Positions 1 through 11,254 of a DNA stretch of 25,649 bases are shown piece by piece. The translations under genes and the position numbers were made by a program. This stretch comes from Tubiluchus corallicola (taxonomy: Eukaryota > Animalia > Priapulida). The stretch is taken from contig JAQGDQ010001283.1 in the NCBI GenBank assembly GCA_030141605.1, positions 1-25,649 of the forward strand, read 5' to 3'. How positions within the stretch are numbered: position 1 is the first letter of the stretch; each line of letters starts with the position of its first letter. A model generated the notes under the pieces. That model did no database searches, had not been told where the DNA came from, and worked only from the letters and a program-made list of their open reading frames with translations.

Positions 1-1040
1 TCACAAGTGTGAAAGGTTTCGCAAGTTCTCTCACAAATTCTCGCAAGTGTGAAAGGTTTCGCAAGTTCTCTCACAAATTCTCACAAGTGTGAACGGCATT
101 GCAAGTTCTCTCACAAATTCTCACAAGTGTGAACGGCATTGCAAGTTCTCTCACAAATTCTCACAAGTGTGAATGGCTTTGCAAGTTCTCTCACAAGTTT
201 TCACAAGTGTGAATGGCTTTGCAAGTTCTCTCACAAATTCTCACAAATGTGAACGGCATTGCAAGTTCTCTCACAAATTCTCACAAGTGTGAATGGCTTT
301 GCAAGTTCTCTCACAAATTCTCACAAGTGTGAACGGCATTGCAAGTTCTCTCACAAATTCTCACAAGTGTGAATGGCTTTGCAAGGGTTCTCACAAGTTT
401 TCACAAGTGTGAATGGCTTTGCAAGTTCTCTCACAAATTCTCGCAAGTGTGAAAGGTTTCGCAAGTTCTCTCACAAATTCTCACAAGTGTGAACGGCATT
501 GCAAGTTCTCTCACAAATTCTCACAAGTGTGAACGGCATTGCAAGTTCTCTCACAAATTCTCACAAGTGTGAATGGCTTTGCAGGTTCTCTCACAAGTTT
601 TCACAAGTGTGAATGGCTTTGCAAGTTCTCTCACAAGTTCTCACACGTGTGAATGGCTTTGCAAGTTTTCTCACAAGTGCTTGCAAGTGTGAATGGCTTT
701 GCAAGTTCTCTGACAAGTACTCGCAAGTGTGAACGGAATTGCAAGTTCTCTCACAAGTTCTCGTAAGTGTGAACAGCTTTGCAAGTTCTCTCACAAGTTC
801 TCGCAAGTGTGAACAGCTTTGCAAGTTCTCTCACAAGTTCTCGCAAGTGTGAACAGCTTTGCAAGTTCTCTCACAAGTACTCGCAAGTGTGAACGGCTTT
901 GCAAGTTTTCTCACAAGTTCTCGCAAGTGTGAACGGCTTTGCAAGTTCTCTCACAAATTCTCGCAAGTGTGAACAGCTTTGCAAGTTCTCTCACAAGTTC
1001 TCGCAAGTGTGAATGGCTTTGCAAGTCTCTCACAATTTCT
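1..1040. repeat. 40-bp tandem minisatellite, ~26 copies, truncated by the window start
   Basis: Unit TC(A/G)CAAGTGTGAA(C/T)GGC(A/T)TTGCAAGTTCTCTCACAA(A/G)TTC recurs with period 40; one inverted unit at 1135-1172. Confidence 0.97.
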
Positions 1041-1542
1041 CTCTGAGAGAAAACCCGCAAGTGTGAACGACTTTGCTAGTTCCGAAAGTTGCTAGTTCAC
1101 AAGTTACTGGAAACTCTTTGAGTTGCCGAGAGTTCTTGCGAGAGAACTTGCTAAGCCGTTCACACTTGCGAGCTTACTGTCAGAGAAAACGTGCGAGAAA
1201 ACTTTGTAGTCTGAACGTGCGGAACATAACCTGAACAACTACTTCATAATCACATAGCTCACAAATTGGCAAGATGCCAAATTTTACACAAACTTTTATT
1301 CCTGCTTACCAAAATAACAGCAAAACAACATCACATTCAAAAATGATCATTTGTTACCATCACCGACAGTGCATCCTTAGTTTTATTAATATCCGAATGA
1401 ATAATAATTAAACCAAACACTGAGAATATAATAATTTGATATTCAAACATCTTGTATACATTTATTTGCATATGTCTAATTCTACACAACTGCATTTACT
1501 GGTGGATTCAATCACCGCCAAGTTTACATATTTTCAATCAGA

Positions 1543-1634
1543 CATGTACACTACACTTCAGACTTTTCAGACAGACTACACATGTACACTACACTTCAGA
1601 CTTTTCAGACAGACTACACATGTACACTACACAC
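1543..1634. repeat. 38-bp tandem repeat, ~2.4 copies
   Basis: ATGTACACTACAC starts at 1544, 1582 and 1620. Confidence 0.9.
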
Positions 1635-1759
1635 CTGCCATAATTACTTTTCAATTTTAAACATTTTAGTTTTAACGATGATTGATTCCAGTCAAAACTG
1701 GCTGGAAATGAACGCATTTGTATAAAGTAAGCAGAAATGATGAACATCAGAAACGTTAC

Positions 1760-1846
1760 CAAATCCTCCTCTTTTTCTTGTTTATCCAAGGCCGCATCGA
1801 TTGCATCGTAGAATTCCTCTTCTTTTAACGAGCTAAATGGTCCCTC
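1760..1846 (-). CDS. CERT1: CERT coding exon 7 (FFAT motif); gene continues beyond the left edge
   Basis: ttatttcAG|...|GTaacg, 87 nt, phase 0-0; EGPFSSLKEEEFYDAIDAALDKQEKEEDL matches vertebrate CERT [23 protein letters not shown]. Confidence 0.93.
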
Positions 1847-2014
1847 CTGAAATAATAAACAAACGATACTGACCCATATAAAAACCAACAAACCACAGTG
1901 GACCATCAGAATAAACAATAAATATCAAACCACGAAAAAAGATTATGGTTCACTCAGAAAACTAATGATGAAATGTTTAAGTTTAAAGATAAGATTCAAA
2001 AATCAATAATGGAC

Positions 2015-2125
2015 GTGGAAGCGGGTACTGCTAACAATCTGGAATTTCAACTGGCTTCAATCAAAAATCAATAATTGATGTGGAGGGGGGTACTGCTAAC
2101 AATCGTGGAATTTCAATTGGCTTCA
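2015..2125. repeat. Imperfect ~45-bp direct duplication
   Basis: GTGGA..GGGTACTGCTAACAATC(G)TGGAATTTCAA(C/T)TGGCTTCA occurs twice, ~65 bp apart. Confidence 0.75.
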
Positions 2126-2895
2126 TTCGACTTTTATAATGAGACACAACAATAAACAACATTACAAACAAACGAATAATAATGTTACATCTGACTTACA
2201 TGATCTTTAATAACACATGTTTCTACATCAGTGGCGGCTAGTGTACAGGTACTGTGGTACTGCAATGCCCCCTATTATCACTCATTATTATTGCTAATAT
2301 TCAGTATAATAAGTCTTTTTTCTTTCGTTCTTTTTTTATACTGGTGCAGAACCAGAGCATGTGAGGGAAGTACAATTTGCTTCAAAGTTCAAGCAACGTG
2401 GTGTTTGGCTGTTGTGCGCATGCGGCCATGCGCACATGTCTGAGATAACATGCTATCGTCTGCTGCTAGGTAGAAAAAGTACTGTCTCTAACACAGTAAC
2501 AATCGCCATGGGTTTACCGTCCACCGTCATATTCTTGGATATGATCAAATGTAAACTCAGTGTGTGTTTAAAACATAAATTATTTAATAATGGACGCCTT
2601 GCATCCCCAAAAAATGAGTTCCATGACTGTAAGTGAACTACAACAGCTTAATTTTTCGCAGTTGTCTCTCCACGAGAAAGTTGCAGTTAGGAAAAGAGGC
2701 CGTTCAACACCCGACCTTCAAATATAACTACAACATTAAAATTACACATATTTGTTACGTTTTACACATTATTATTCAATGGCTAAAAATTTTCTGAAGC
2801 AGCACTCCCAGTAATTTCAGTTACGAGCTGCTATTGTTCTACATCAACTAAAAGTGACAAAGTGAATGGTTCAACTACAGAAACTGAAAACTGAC

Positions 2896-3003
2896 CTCAT
2901 AGTCTGGACCACCAAATATGATGGGTGGCTTCTTTTCAAGGTCGTCCAGCTTCTCCAAAGCGTGCTTATACAAGTCTTCCACTTTGTGGCGTTTCTCCAT
3001 TTC
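2896..3003 (-). CDS. CERT1: CERT coding exon 6 (end of coiled coil to GGPDYE)
   Basis: caattAG|...|GTcagt, 108 nt, phase 0-0; EMEKRHKVEDLYKHALEKLDDLEKKPPIIFGGPDYE matches CERT ETEKKRRTEEAYKNA...HFGGPDYE. Not in the ORF track. Confidence 0.93.
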
Positions 3004-3011
3004 CTAATTGT

Positions 3012-3974
3012 AACAAATCACTGCAATTACAGACGTTAACAAAAGTCAAGAAAGTTCAACAAATCACTGCACTTACAGACGTTAACAAAAGTCAAGAAAG
3101 TTCAACAAATCACTGCAATTACAGACGTCAACAAAAGTCAAGAAAGTTCAACAAATGACTGCAATTACGGACGTCAACAAAAGTCAAGAAAGTTCAACAA
3201 AAGACTGCAATTACGGACGTCAACAAAAGTCAAGAAAGTTCAACAAATGACTGCAATTACAGACGTTAACACAAGTCAAGAAAGTTCAACAAATGACTGC
3301 ACTTACAGACGTTAACAAAAGTCAAGAAAGTTCAACAAATCACTGCACTTACAGACGTTAACAAAAGTCAAGAAAGTTCAACAAACACTGCACTTACAGA
3401 CGTTAACAAAAGTCAAGAAAGTTCAACAAATCACTGCACTTACAGACGTTAACAAAAGTCAAGAAAGTTCAACAAACACTGCACTTACAGACGTCAACAA
3501 AAGTCAAGAAAGTTCAACAAATGACTGCACTTGCAGACGTTAACACAAGTCAAGAAAGTTCAACAAATCACTGCAATTACAGACGTTAACAAAAGTCAAG
3601 AAAGTTCAACAAACACTGCACTTACAGACGTTAACAAAAGTCAAGAAAGTTCAACAAATCACTGCACTTACAGACGTTAACAAAAGTCAAGAAAGTTCAA
3701 CAAACACTGCACTTACAGACGTTAACAAAAGTCAAGAAAGTTCAACAAATGACTGCACTTACAGACGTTAACAAAAGTCAAGAAAGTTCAACAAATCACT
3801 GCACTTACAGACGTTAACAAAAGTCAAGAAAGTTCAACAAATGACTGCACTTACAGACGTCAACAAAAGTCAAGAAAGTTCAACAAATCACTGCACTTAC
3901 AGACGTTAACAAAAGTCAAGAAAGTTCAACAAATCACTGCACTTACAGACGTTAACAAAAGTCAAGAAAGTTCA
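3012..3974. repeat. 46-bp intronic minisatellite, ~21 copies
   Basis: Unit AACAAAT(C/G)ACTGCA(C/A)TTACAGACGTTAACAAAAGTCAAGAAAGTTC; starts at 3012, 3058 and onward; some 45-bp variants. Confidence 0.97.
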
Positions 3975-4196
3975 GCTATTATTGAAATATTATGCAAAAC
4001 AGCAGAAGCGCCTCCAGTAAAGAGGAAAAGAAACTCCAAAATACTGGAAGCCAATCCGAGAACTTATAAGAAATGGTTGCAAAATAAGCTGTGATTGGAC
4101 GAAATTGTTTAGCCACTGTATACTATTGTAGCAAACAGTTGTTGATGGTAAAAACCCAAAATTAATCAAACTTGAAATCGACAAACATGAAGACGT

Positions 4197-4465
4197 GGAA
4201 TTGAACCAGGAGCCTTCTGCTTACATTGCAGATAACTTAAACCACCTGGCTGTTGTACTCCCAGTGGACAAGGCAGTACAAATATCATCCTTTATAGCTG
4301 ACAACCAAATTCAACATTTCCAAAGAGAGATCTCAAAATCGAAATGCTGAATTTGGTTGACCAGCTATACGGGATAAACTTTGGTCGGTCTTGACCACTG
4401 GGTAAGCTGTGGTCTAGTGGTCCAAGATGTCTGCAATGCAAACCGATGGTATCTGGTTCTAATCC
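4197..4465. mobile_element. ~270-bp imperfect palindrome with two divergent tRNA-like (SINE-head-like) arms
   Basis: Arms 4197-4320 and 4341-4465 are imperfect reverse complements. Right arm has A-box-like TGGTCTAGTGG (4410-4420) and B-box-like GGTTCTAATCC (4455-4465); left arm has GGTTCAATTCC on the minus strand (4197-4207). Confidence 0.65.
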
Positions 4466-4752
4466 AGCAGCATTCCAACTTTTTTACATTTCCCGTCTTT
4501 TGAGTTTGGTATCAAAACTTAATCAACTGTAGGATCATTAACGATCTGTAACCCCAACAGATACTGAAGTTTTTTAAACTCAATATTATGATTACACAAA
4601 AAATTCACTGTTATTTTTTCACAAAATGGAGTTATAAATTAAATAACTCACCCGTTTCTGCTTAATTTCTAACGCGTGAATTGCCGTAAAGATCGCCATG
4701 TTTCGCGTGTTTCGCGCTCGTGAGCGAGAATGACGTACGAGGTACAGAAAGA

Positions 4753-4816
4753 GTCCTTGGTTACCGATGTTTGTTTACCGGTCTGTCCTTGGTTACCGAT
4801 GTTTGTTTACCGGTCT
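4753..4816. repeat. Perfect 32-bp tandem duplication in a CpG-rich patch
   Basis: GTCCTTGGTTACCGATGTTTGTTTACCGGTCT twice, flanked by inverted GAATGACGT / ACGTCATTC. Confidence 0.9.
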
Positions 4817-5734
4817 TTGGAGACCTCGTGACTGCACTCATAACGTCATTCGTCTTGCGCAATGAAAAACGGCGGTTATCTAAATTTACTATCGCTAACA
4901 GCGAAGTGATAAAAAATCGAATGAAACAAATTTTACAGTAAGTTTATAGTAAAATAAATTGAATATTCGTTATGAGAGTAGGATTTTAGGTTGTGGAAGC
5001 CTATATCATAGTGAGGATTTAGTTTGACTTTAATAATAATCTTGATTCTGACGTTATAATTATTAAATAATTGGTATTTATACTACAGAACAAATATTGG
5101 TTTAAAAACGAGCAATAAACCTTGTGCTTGATATAGCCAAGCATAATTGATTTTTGCTCTCCGTATTTGCATATTTGTGCAAATATATTATTTCCTAACA
5201 AAGATATACCTTCAATTAACAATGATTTATCCTAACACAGCTATTAACACGGGTTTATAACATGTGTGGAAGTTGGTACGTGTACATAGTAGTTTAGGTG
5301 CTGCCATCTATGTGCTAATCTTGTTACATTCAACCAGCTGACCAGCTGACTTACCTTCAGTATAATTGTATGGTCCAGTGACTACATACACACTGGTCCT
5401 CTCCCTATTTTAAATTAATGGTTGTTGTGAAGCCTGTGCAACTCTGCATAGGTCAAGTTCTATACCTGAATTCTGGCTGTGAAACCGGTTTTACTGACTG
5501 TTTTTGCTTTCTAGTTTTGCTCAATGTTCAGTGCAGCAGTTTTGCTACTCATATTTTCCATTCTAGTTCAATAAAGACTTTTCAGTTGTGTGAAATGCAA
5601 ATATTTATTATACACGTTTGGTTCTTATCCGTACGTCTAAGTGTGTCTAAACTCAAGCACATCAAAGTGACTGAGCAACAACTTCAAAAATCACTTTTAC
5701 ATCATGTAAATTTTGTACGTTAATAATATCTCAC

Positions 5735-5907
5735 CTTCTCTACTCTTCTCCTCCAAAGTTCTTCTCTTTGGTTCATTAAATCTATGCAGTAGGAAAGTGT
5801 TTCCAAGATTCCGCTTGTCGTAGCCTTGAACGTCAGCGCCTCCCCGCGGAAATCTATTGCATGTGAAGCGTGTATCGCCAAGTTTTCTTGCAAGCAACTT
5901 GAATTCT
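5735..5907 (-). CDS. CERT1: CERT coding exon 5 (middle region and coiled coil)
   Basis: ctctcttcgtAG|...|GTgaga, 173 nt, phase 1-0; ...[42 protein letters not shown] matches CERT [42 protein letters not shown]. The ORF track shows another frame here. Confidence 0.94.
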
Positions 5908-6339
5908 CTACGAAGAGAGCAACAGTAAGACGTTAAAATCAATAATAAAATTCAAGACAAGGGAAGTGCATGTCTTCTGTCAAAGTTAAGCAATGCCCGT
6001 CTTGGTTGATAAATGGATGGAGACCATACAGGAAAACTGCTTCGCTGCTCGTTTTACAGGATTATCGTTGATGATGAATTAAGTTCCAGTTATGACAAAT
6101 TACCTACATTAAGTACGTCCGCTAAATTGAAGGGTGACCACTGGTCGGTGTAGTGTAAAGCAACAAATTAAATACTTTCACCTGTTTCTTTATTACAATT
6201 CATCAATCCTAGTTGAGTAAAATTTAACAATGTCGTTATACAAGACTTCTTAAAAGTTCCTCATGTATGTCATTCTTCTAACACACACATGTTAACACCC
6301 ACACCCACATCCCCACACCCCCCACACACACGCATGCAT

Positions 6340-6453
<114 letters not shown>

Positions 6454-6560
6454 TATATATATATGTTAGATGTTAACACTTCTAACACGCACGCACACAC
6501 ACACACACAACACACGTAAATGAATTTGTGACATGAATACATATATATATATATCTTTAC

Positions 6561-6635
6561 CTTTACTATCATTGAAGCCTGGAATTTGAATTTCAAAATT
6601 GTCATCAATCATTTCGAGATCATCAATGGCAATAC
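6561..6635 (-). CDS. CERT1: Probable CERT coding exon 4 (acidic linker)
   Basis: ttttgctcgtAG|...|GTaaag, 75 nt, phase 1-1; (S)IAIDDLEMIDDNFEIQIPGFNDSK lies where vertebrate CERT has the acidic VVEDDEDDF linker; phases fit both neighbours but conservation is weak. Confidence 0.72.
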
Positions 6636-7012
6636 CTACGAGCAAAAACAGAATTTTACAGGGAAACATCCTGAACATGTAATTTTACAAGACGGCGCAG
6701 ATACATGCACCGACGCACAAACACTTTCACAGATTTTAAAAGCGTTTGACACATTTTACCTTAAAATGTAGAAAATTTTAATGAAAAATCCGTTTACCTC
6801 AAAGCAGGTAAGGGTTCTTAAACTTGATTTAATAGTTTTCAAGTGTCTAGGAAATTTATGAAAAGACCTTTTACAGGCATTTGCAATTCAGTTTTCAAAC
6901 TTAGAAAGAACTTTAACGAAAAGATTTTAGCTGTTTATCGGCACAACTGCACTCAATGCATACAAGCGTTTAAACGTTAATTTTTTTATACAAGTAAAGC
7001 ATTTTTACATAC

Positions 7013-7148
7013 TATTTCGCTTATCACTGGACGGAGACATAGCAGTTGCGCACGTATCAAAATATTTCTGCAGCGTGTCGACCTGCTGGCACAGAATGTC
7101 ACGGAATGTTCCCATTTCATGCAATTTTTCTCTGAGACCTCTTCCTCT
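7013..7148 (-). CDS. CERT1: CERT coding exon 3
   Basis: cgtttcAG|...|GTatgt, 136 nt, phase 0-1; [45 protein letters not shown] matches [34 protein letters not shown]. Not in the ORF track. Confidence 0.94.
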
Positions 7149-8174
7149 CTGAAACGAATTTTATCATTTTAGATTTAACCGTTGCAGAAAACGTATTTTA
7201 CATAAGCAGTGCAATAATTAAGGCTTTGGAGTATAGATCTATGGAGTTCTTAAGCTTGACATGGAAGAATGTCATTAAAGGAGCATGATTACTTTTAGGA
7301 CTTAATTGTTACTGTTACATGAATAACATTTGATTCTGTGGCCAAGTTAAAATCCTTGCCCACCTTGTTTCAGATTAAAAACTTAATCAAATTTCATTAG
7401 CTGAAAAGCAGAAGAATACTCTCCACTTACATAAAGCTTAAAAACTCCTCTCGAAATTTATTCCACTTATGTACTGCCTTTTTGCATGCAGGGCTTGCGT
7501 CGGCAGTAACGCGGTATGAAAGACGTAAAATTAAACTCCCACGATGACCGTTAGACGCAGCCATTTTAATGGTAGGTCCGTTTGAAACAAGTTTAGATAA
7601 CATTAAGAGAAGTTTGAAAAAATAATCAGAGCATTCGTAGCACACATGTTAGTAACTAAGTAAAATTTCAAATTACTCTATCTTGTCAATAAGATTAAAA
7701 ATACGTTTTTTGTTAGTGAGCGGTGCACCCTGGAGGGGGAGCCAGCGACATTTTACCGCGATATTTTACCAAATGGAACAAACATTTTAAATTATTATTT
7801 CTAGTTACATAAGTCTTTCCAGCAGGTAAGCAAAATGCTAAGTAATATAGATTTGCACAGAAAGATTCTTGGGACATAATTTAATAATGCCTTTTCATCC
7901 ACTGATTTACGTTATGCGTACATGACGTCATGTAATGGTATTGCGGGAGATTTAAAATGAAAACAAGCAAAATTCCTTTCAACACGAGTACGATACACAC
8001 ATAAAATTGCTGTAAAGTAACATAAATTTTTAAACCTATTTTTCTGAAACCTACTTCTGGTACCGCTTTTCTTGTCTTTTAAGAAAGATAGATAGCTTGA
8101 TGATGTGTAAAAAACTAAAAAAATCAATGGCACTGAAAGTCTTATCATAATATGTTAGTACTTAGTAAATATTA

Positions 8175-9012
8175 CCGTATATACTCGCATATAAGCCTAC
8201 ATCGCATATAAGCCGACCCCCTAAAACTGCTTTAAAATGGCCAGTTTTTGCAAAAACCCGTATATAAGCCGACCATCAACTTGTCTCATCCATGTTGCCA
8301 ATTCTGCAGAGAGGGAAGTCACCAGCCTTTCTTTGATCAATAACATACTTTTGAAAACCCAAAAGTTTATGTTCATATTGTGATGGCAATTTTTGTGCAA
8401 TTTTCGTTCTCTGTCTCAAACTTATAGAGTGTCTGTTCAGAAAACGTGTACACCAATATGTTCCTCTATAAGCCACGTGACCCTCGTCTCCCCACGCGCT
8501 GCCTACCAATTGGCTGATGACGTCGGCTTCACCACTAGCTGTAGCTTGGTTACGGCTCGCAACTGGTGACACACAGTGGTGTATTGCTAAATAAAAAGTA
8601 GGTGGACGGCTAGTCTCAAGACTTACCATTTTACATTCACAAATTTGAAAGAAATTGACATTATTTAAAACCGTTTTTTGAAAAAATGAAAACAAGTAGA
8701 TTTAATATTAAACCCGTATACATTTTTAATATTTTTTATCTAATGAATACAAAAAGCAGACATTTATTGAAATGTGAATTTTTTCTAAAAAAAAAGTGGG
8801 TGGACGGCGATCCCCCACGATCCCCCTCCAATACACCACTGGTGACACACAACCAAATAAAGAGTCAGATAGCGATGAAAATGTGTGGCTGGAAAATTGG
8901 CATTAGTGTCTGTCCTTGTGTTCATTTTGTTTCATGCGCATATAAGCCGACCCCCTGATTTCAGTATTGTATTTTATAGTTCTAAATTCGGCTTATATGC
9001 GAGTATATACGG
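8175..9012 (-). mobile_element. Internally deleted pogo/Tigger-type (Tc1/mariner superfamily) DNA transposon with a transposase remnant
   Basis: Perfect 23-bp TIRs CCGTATATACTCGCATATAAGCC, TA on both sides, subterminal ATATAAGCCGAC repeats; minus-strand peptide WCTRFLNRHSISLRQRTKIAQKLP...IGNMDET (~8280-8460) is typical of the pogo CENP-B HTH/DDE junction. Confidence 0.92.
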
Positions 9013-9159
9013 TAATCAAAACTTTATAATCTGAAGTTTCTGGTTGCTACACGTATTTTGTAAGAGACAGATAAAATTTACAACACAGCAGACCTTCATA
9101 CGTCTGACGTGTGCCGTAGTACAATAAACGTAAAAAAACTTGCAACTATTACCACTTAC

Positions 9160-9357
9160 CTTGAAAGAAGTCGAACTGGCTGACGATCCTACAGACCCGA
9201 GAGATTTCAATGAACCATGACGACGGAGACTGTTGCCGTGGTTACAAGACTGCAAGGTTTGAACCCAGTGATCTCGCTCCTCGGCAGAATAAGCTCGCAA
9301 ATACCAGATGTTGTCATTGACGATAACGTCGAATCTACACACATCATGGTCATGAGG
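9160..9357 (-). CDS. CERT1: CERT coding exon 2 (second half of PH domain, serine-repeat motif)
   Basis: ttgattAG|...|GTaagt, 198 nt, phase 0-0; PHDHDVCRFDVIVNDNIWYLRA...SLRRHGSLKSLGSVGSSASSTSFK matches CERT [22 protein letters not shown]...SLRRHGSMVSLVS. Confidence 0.95.
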
Positions 9358-9970
9358 CTAATCAATAAAATTAAAAGAATAATGCCTTCGAGTTATTAGG
9401 ATGAAATAATTTACCATAAATGTGGGGTCAAGATACATAACTTTCAGTTCGTTTATAAATTTCGAATTTTTTTTATTATTATCATCACATTTAGTAAAAT
9501 ATAGTGACGTGTAATACATGGTAACATTAAAATAGTTCACAATTCTGTAATAAATTATTATATTTCATACGCTATCGTTATCATAAAAGATTAATTGTAC
9601 AGCAGTGGGCTAGAGAAACAAAGGCTTGTATAAGACCATTGTCACGTGAACATGACGTCTTGATTACACATAGCAAGAAGCAACACAAAAAACTGAAAAT
9701 TTGCAACTTTGTATTGCACGGGATGGATGGACAGATCGGGAAAGACAGTGACTCAAGAAAAAGTTCAAAATTTTGACGTTGAACTCAACTAAAAAGAACA
9801 ACCCAGAGTGAATAATGCAACAACTGCGAAATATTATAAAGAGCAGGGCTTAACTAAGTACACAATGGACTTGGATAGGAAGTATGTGATAACAGAAGTG
9901 TATGATAATAGATGATACTGATGAAAAGTGATTAATTTCAGTTTAACGAGGAGGTTTTTGCAGGGCTTTA

Positions 9971-10588
9971 GCACAAAATTAGCACCGATGCAAAAGCTGC
10001 ACGAATTTAGCACCGATGCAAAAGCTGCACAAAATTAGCACCGATGGATAAGCTGCACAAAATTAGCACCGATGCAAAAGCTGCACAAAATTAGCACCGA
10101 TGCAAAAAATGCACAAAATTAGCACCGATGCAAAAGCTGCAGAAATTTAGCATCGATGCAAAAACTGCACAAACTTAAGCACCGACGCAAAAGCTGCACG
10201 AATTTAGCACCGATGCAAAAAATGCACAAAATTAGCACCGATGCAAAAGCTGCAGAAAATTAGCACCGATGCAAAAGTTGCACAAAATTAGCACCGATGC
10301 AAAAGCTGCACAAAATTAGCACCGATGCAAAAGCTGCGCAAAATTAGCACCGATGCAAAAGTTGCACAAAATTAGCACCGATGCAAAAGCTGCACAAAAT
10401 TAGCACCGATGCAAAAGCTGCGCAAAATTAGCACCGACGCAAAAGCTGCGCAAAATTAGCACCGATGCAAAAGCTGCGCAAAATTTGCACCGATGCAAAA
10501 GCTGCACAAAATTAGCACCGATGCAAAAGCTGCACAAAATTAGCACCGATGCAAAAGCTGCGCAAAATTAGCACCGATGCAAAAGCTT
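9971..10588. repeat. 28-bp intronic minisatellite, ~22 copies
   Basis: Unit TTAGCACCGATGCAAAAGCTGCACAAAA; GCACCG at 9982, 10010 and onward. Confidence 0.97.
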
Positions 10589-11254
10589 ATCCCGATAAAA
10601 CAGCAAAAATGGCAAAAGTTGTTTTTCAGGACAAACAAAACTCACTTAGCATCCAGCAGTAAAGTACGAACAATGTCAAAAAGAGAATGTTGCTATGTAG
10701 TAACTATACATAAAATAACACACATGAAAGTAACATATGAACATAGCACAGAAAGACGGGTAATATATCATCTTTTTTGGCTCTGCAAACTCAGTAGTTT
10801 TATTTATTTTTATATTATTTATTAAATATATCCACAACGATCATTACAGTATAGCACTTCAAAAGATTTTAATAACATACTTATTATTATGTACACAAGA
10901 TGCCAAGTTGCAAATGACCTGTGTGGTACTCAAGAAGTAATCGGTTGTTGAGAGGACCCCAAATGAATGTGGATTGAGTGAAGTAGAAAAGAGCAGTAAA
11001 GGAGTAGAAAAGAAAAGTTAAAGAAGAATAGAAAGAAAGAGAAAGATGTGATGGTATCTGTATGAAGTAACGCGACTATAGAAATATGGAAACCGCCATA
11101 GTTAGCAACGTGATGGATTCCGACAGGGACAGCAGCGTAATTAGTCAAATTTATTTATTCTATATAATTAGAACATATTTCACTTTTAAAATTCCTTTTG
11201 AAGTTCTTTATAGATAGATCTTAGGTGGTTCTGTTAGACAACATAGCAGCACCA

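Noticed and set aside
5355-5404. Cryptic minus-strand exon ending at a strong AAG|GTAAGT donor
   Set aside because: Poor pyrimidine tract, 50 nt with an in-frame stop, and the flanking exons join perfectly without it; a poison exon cannot be excluded without RNA data.
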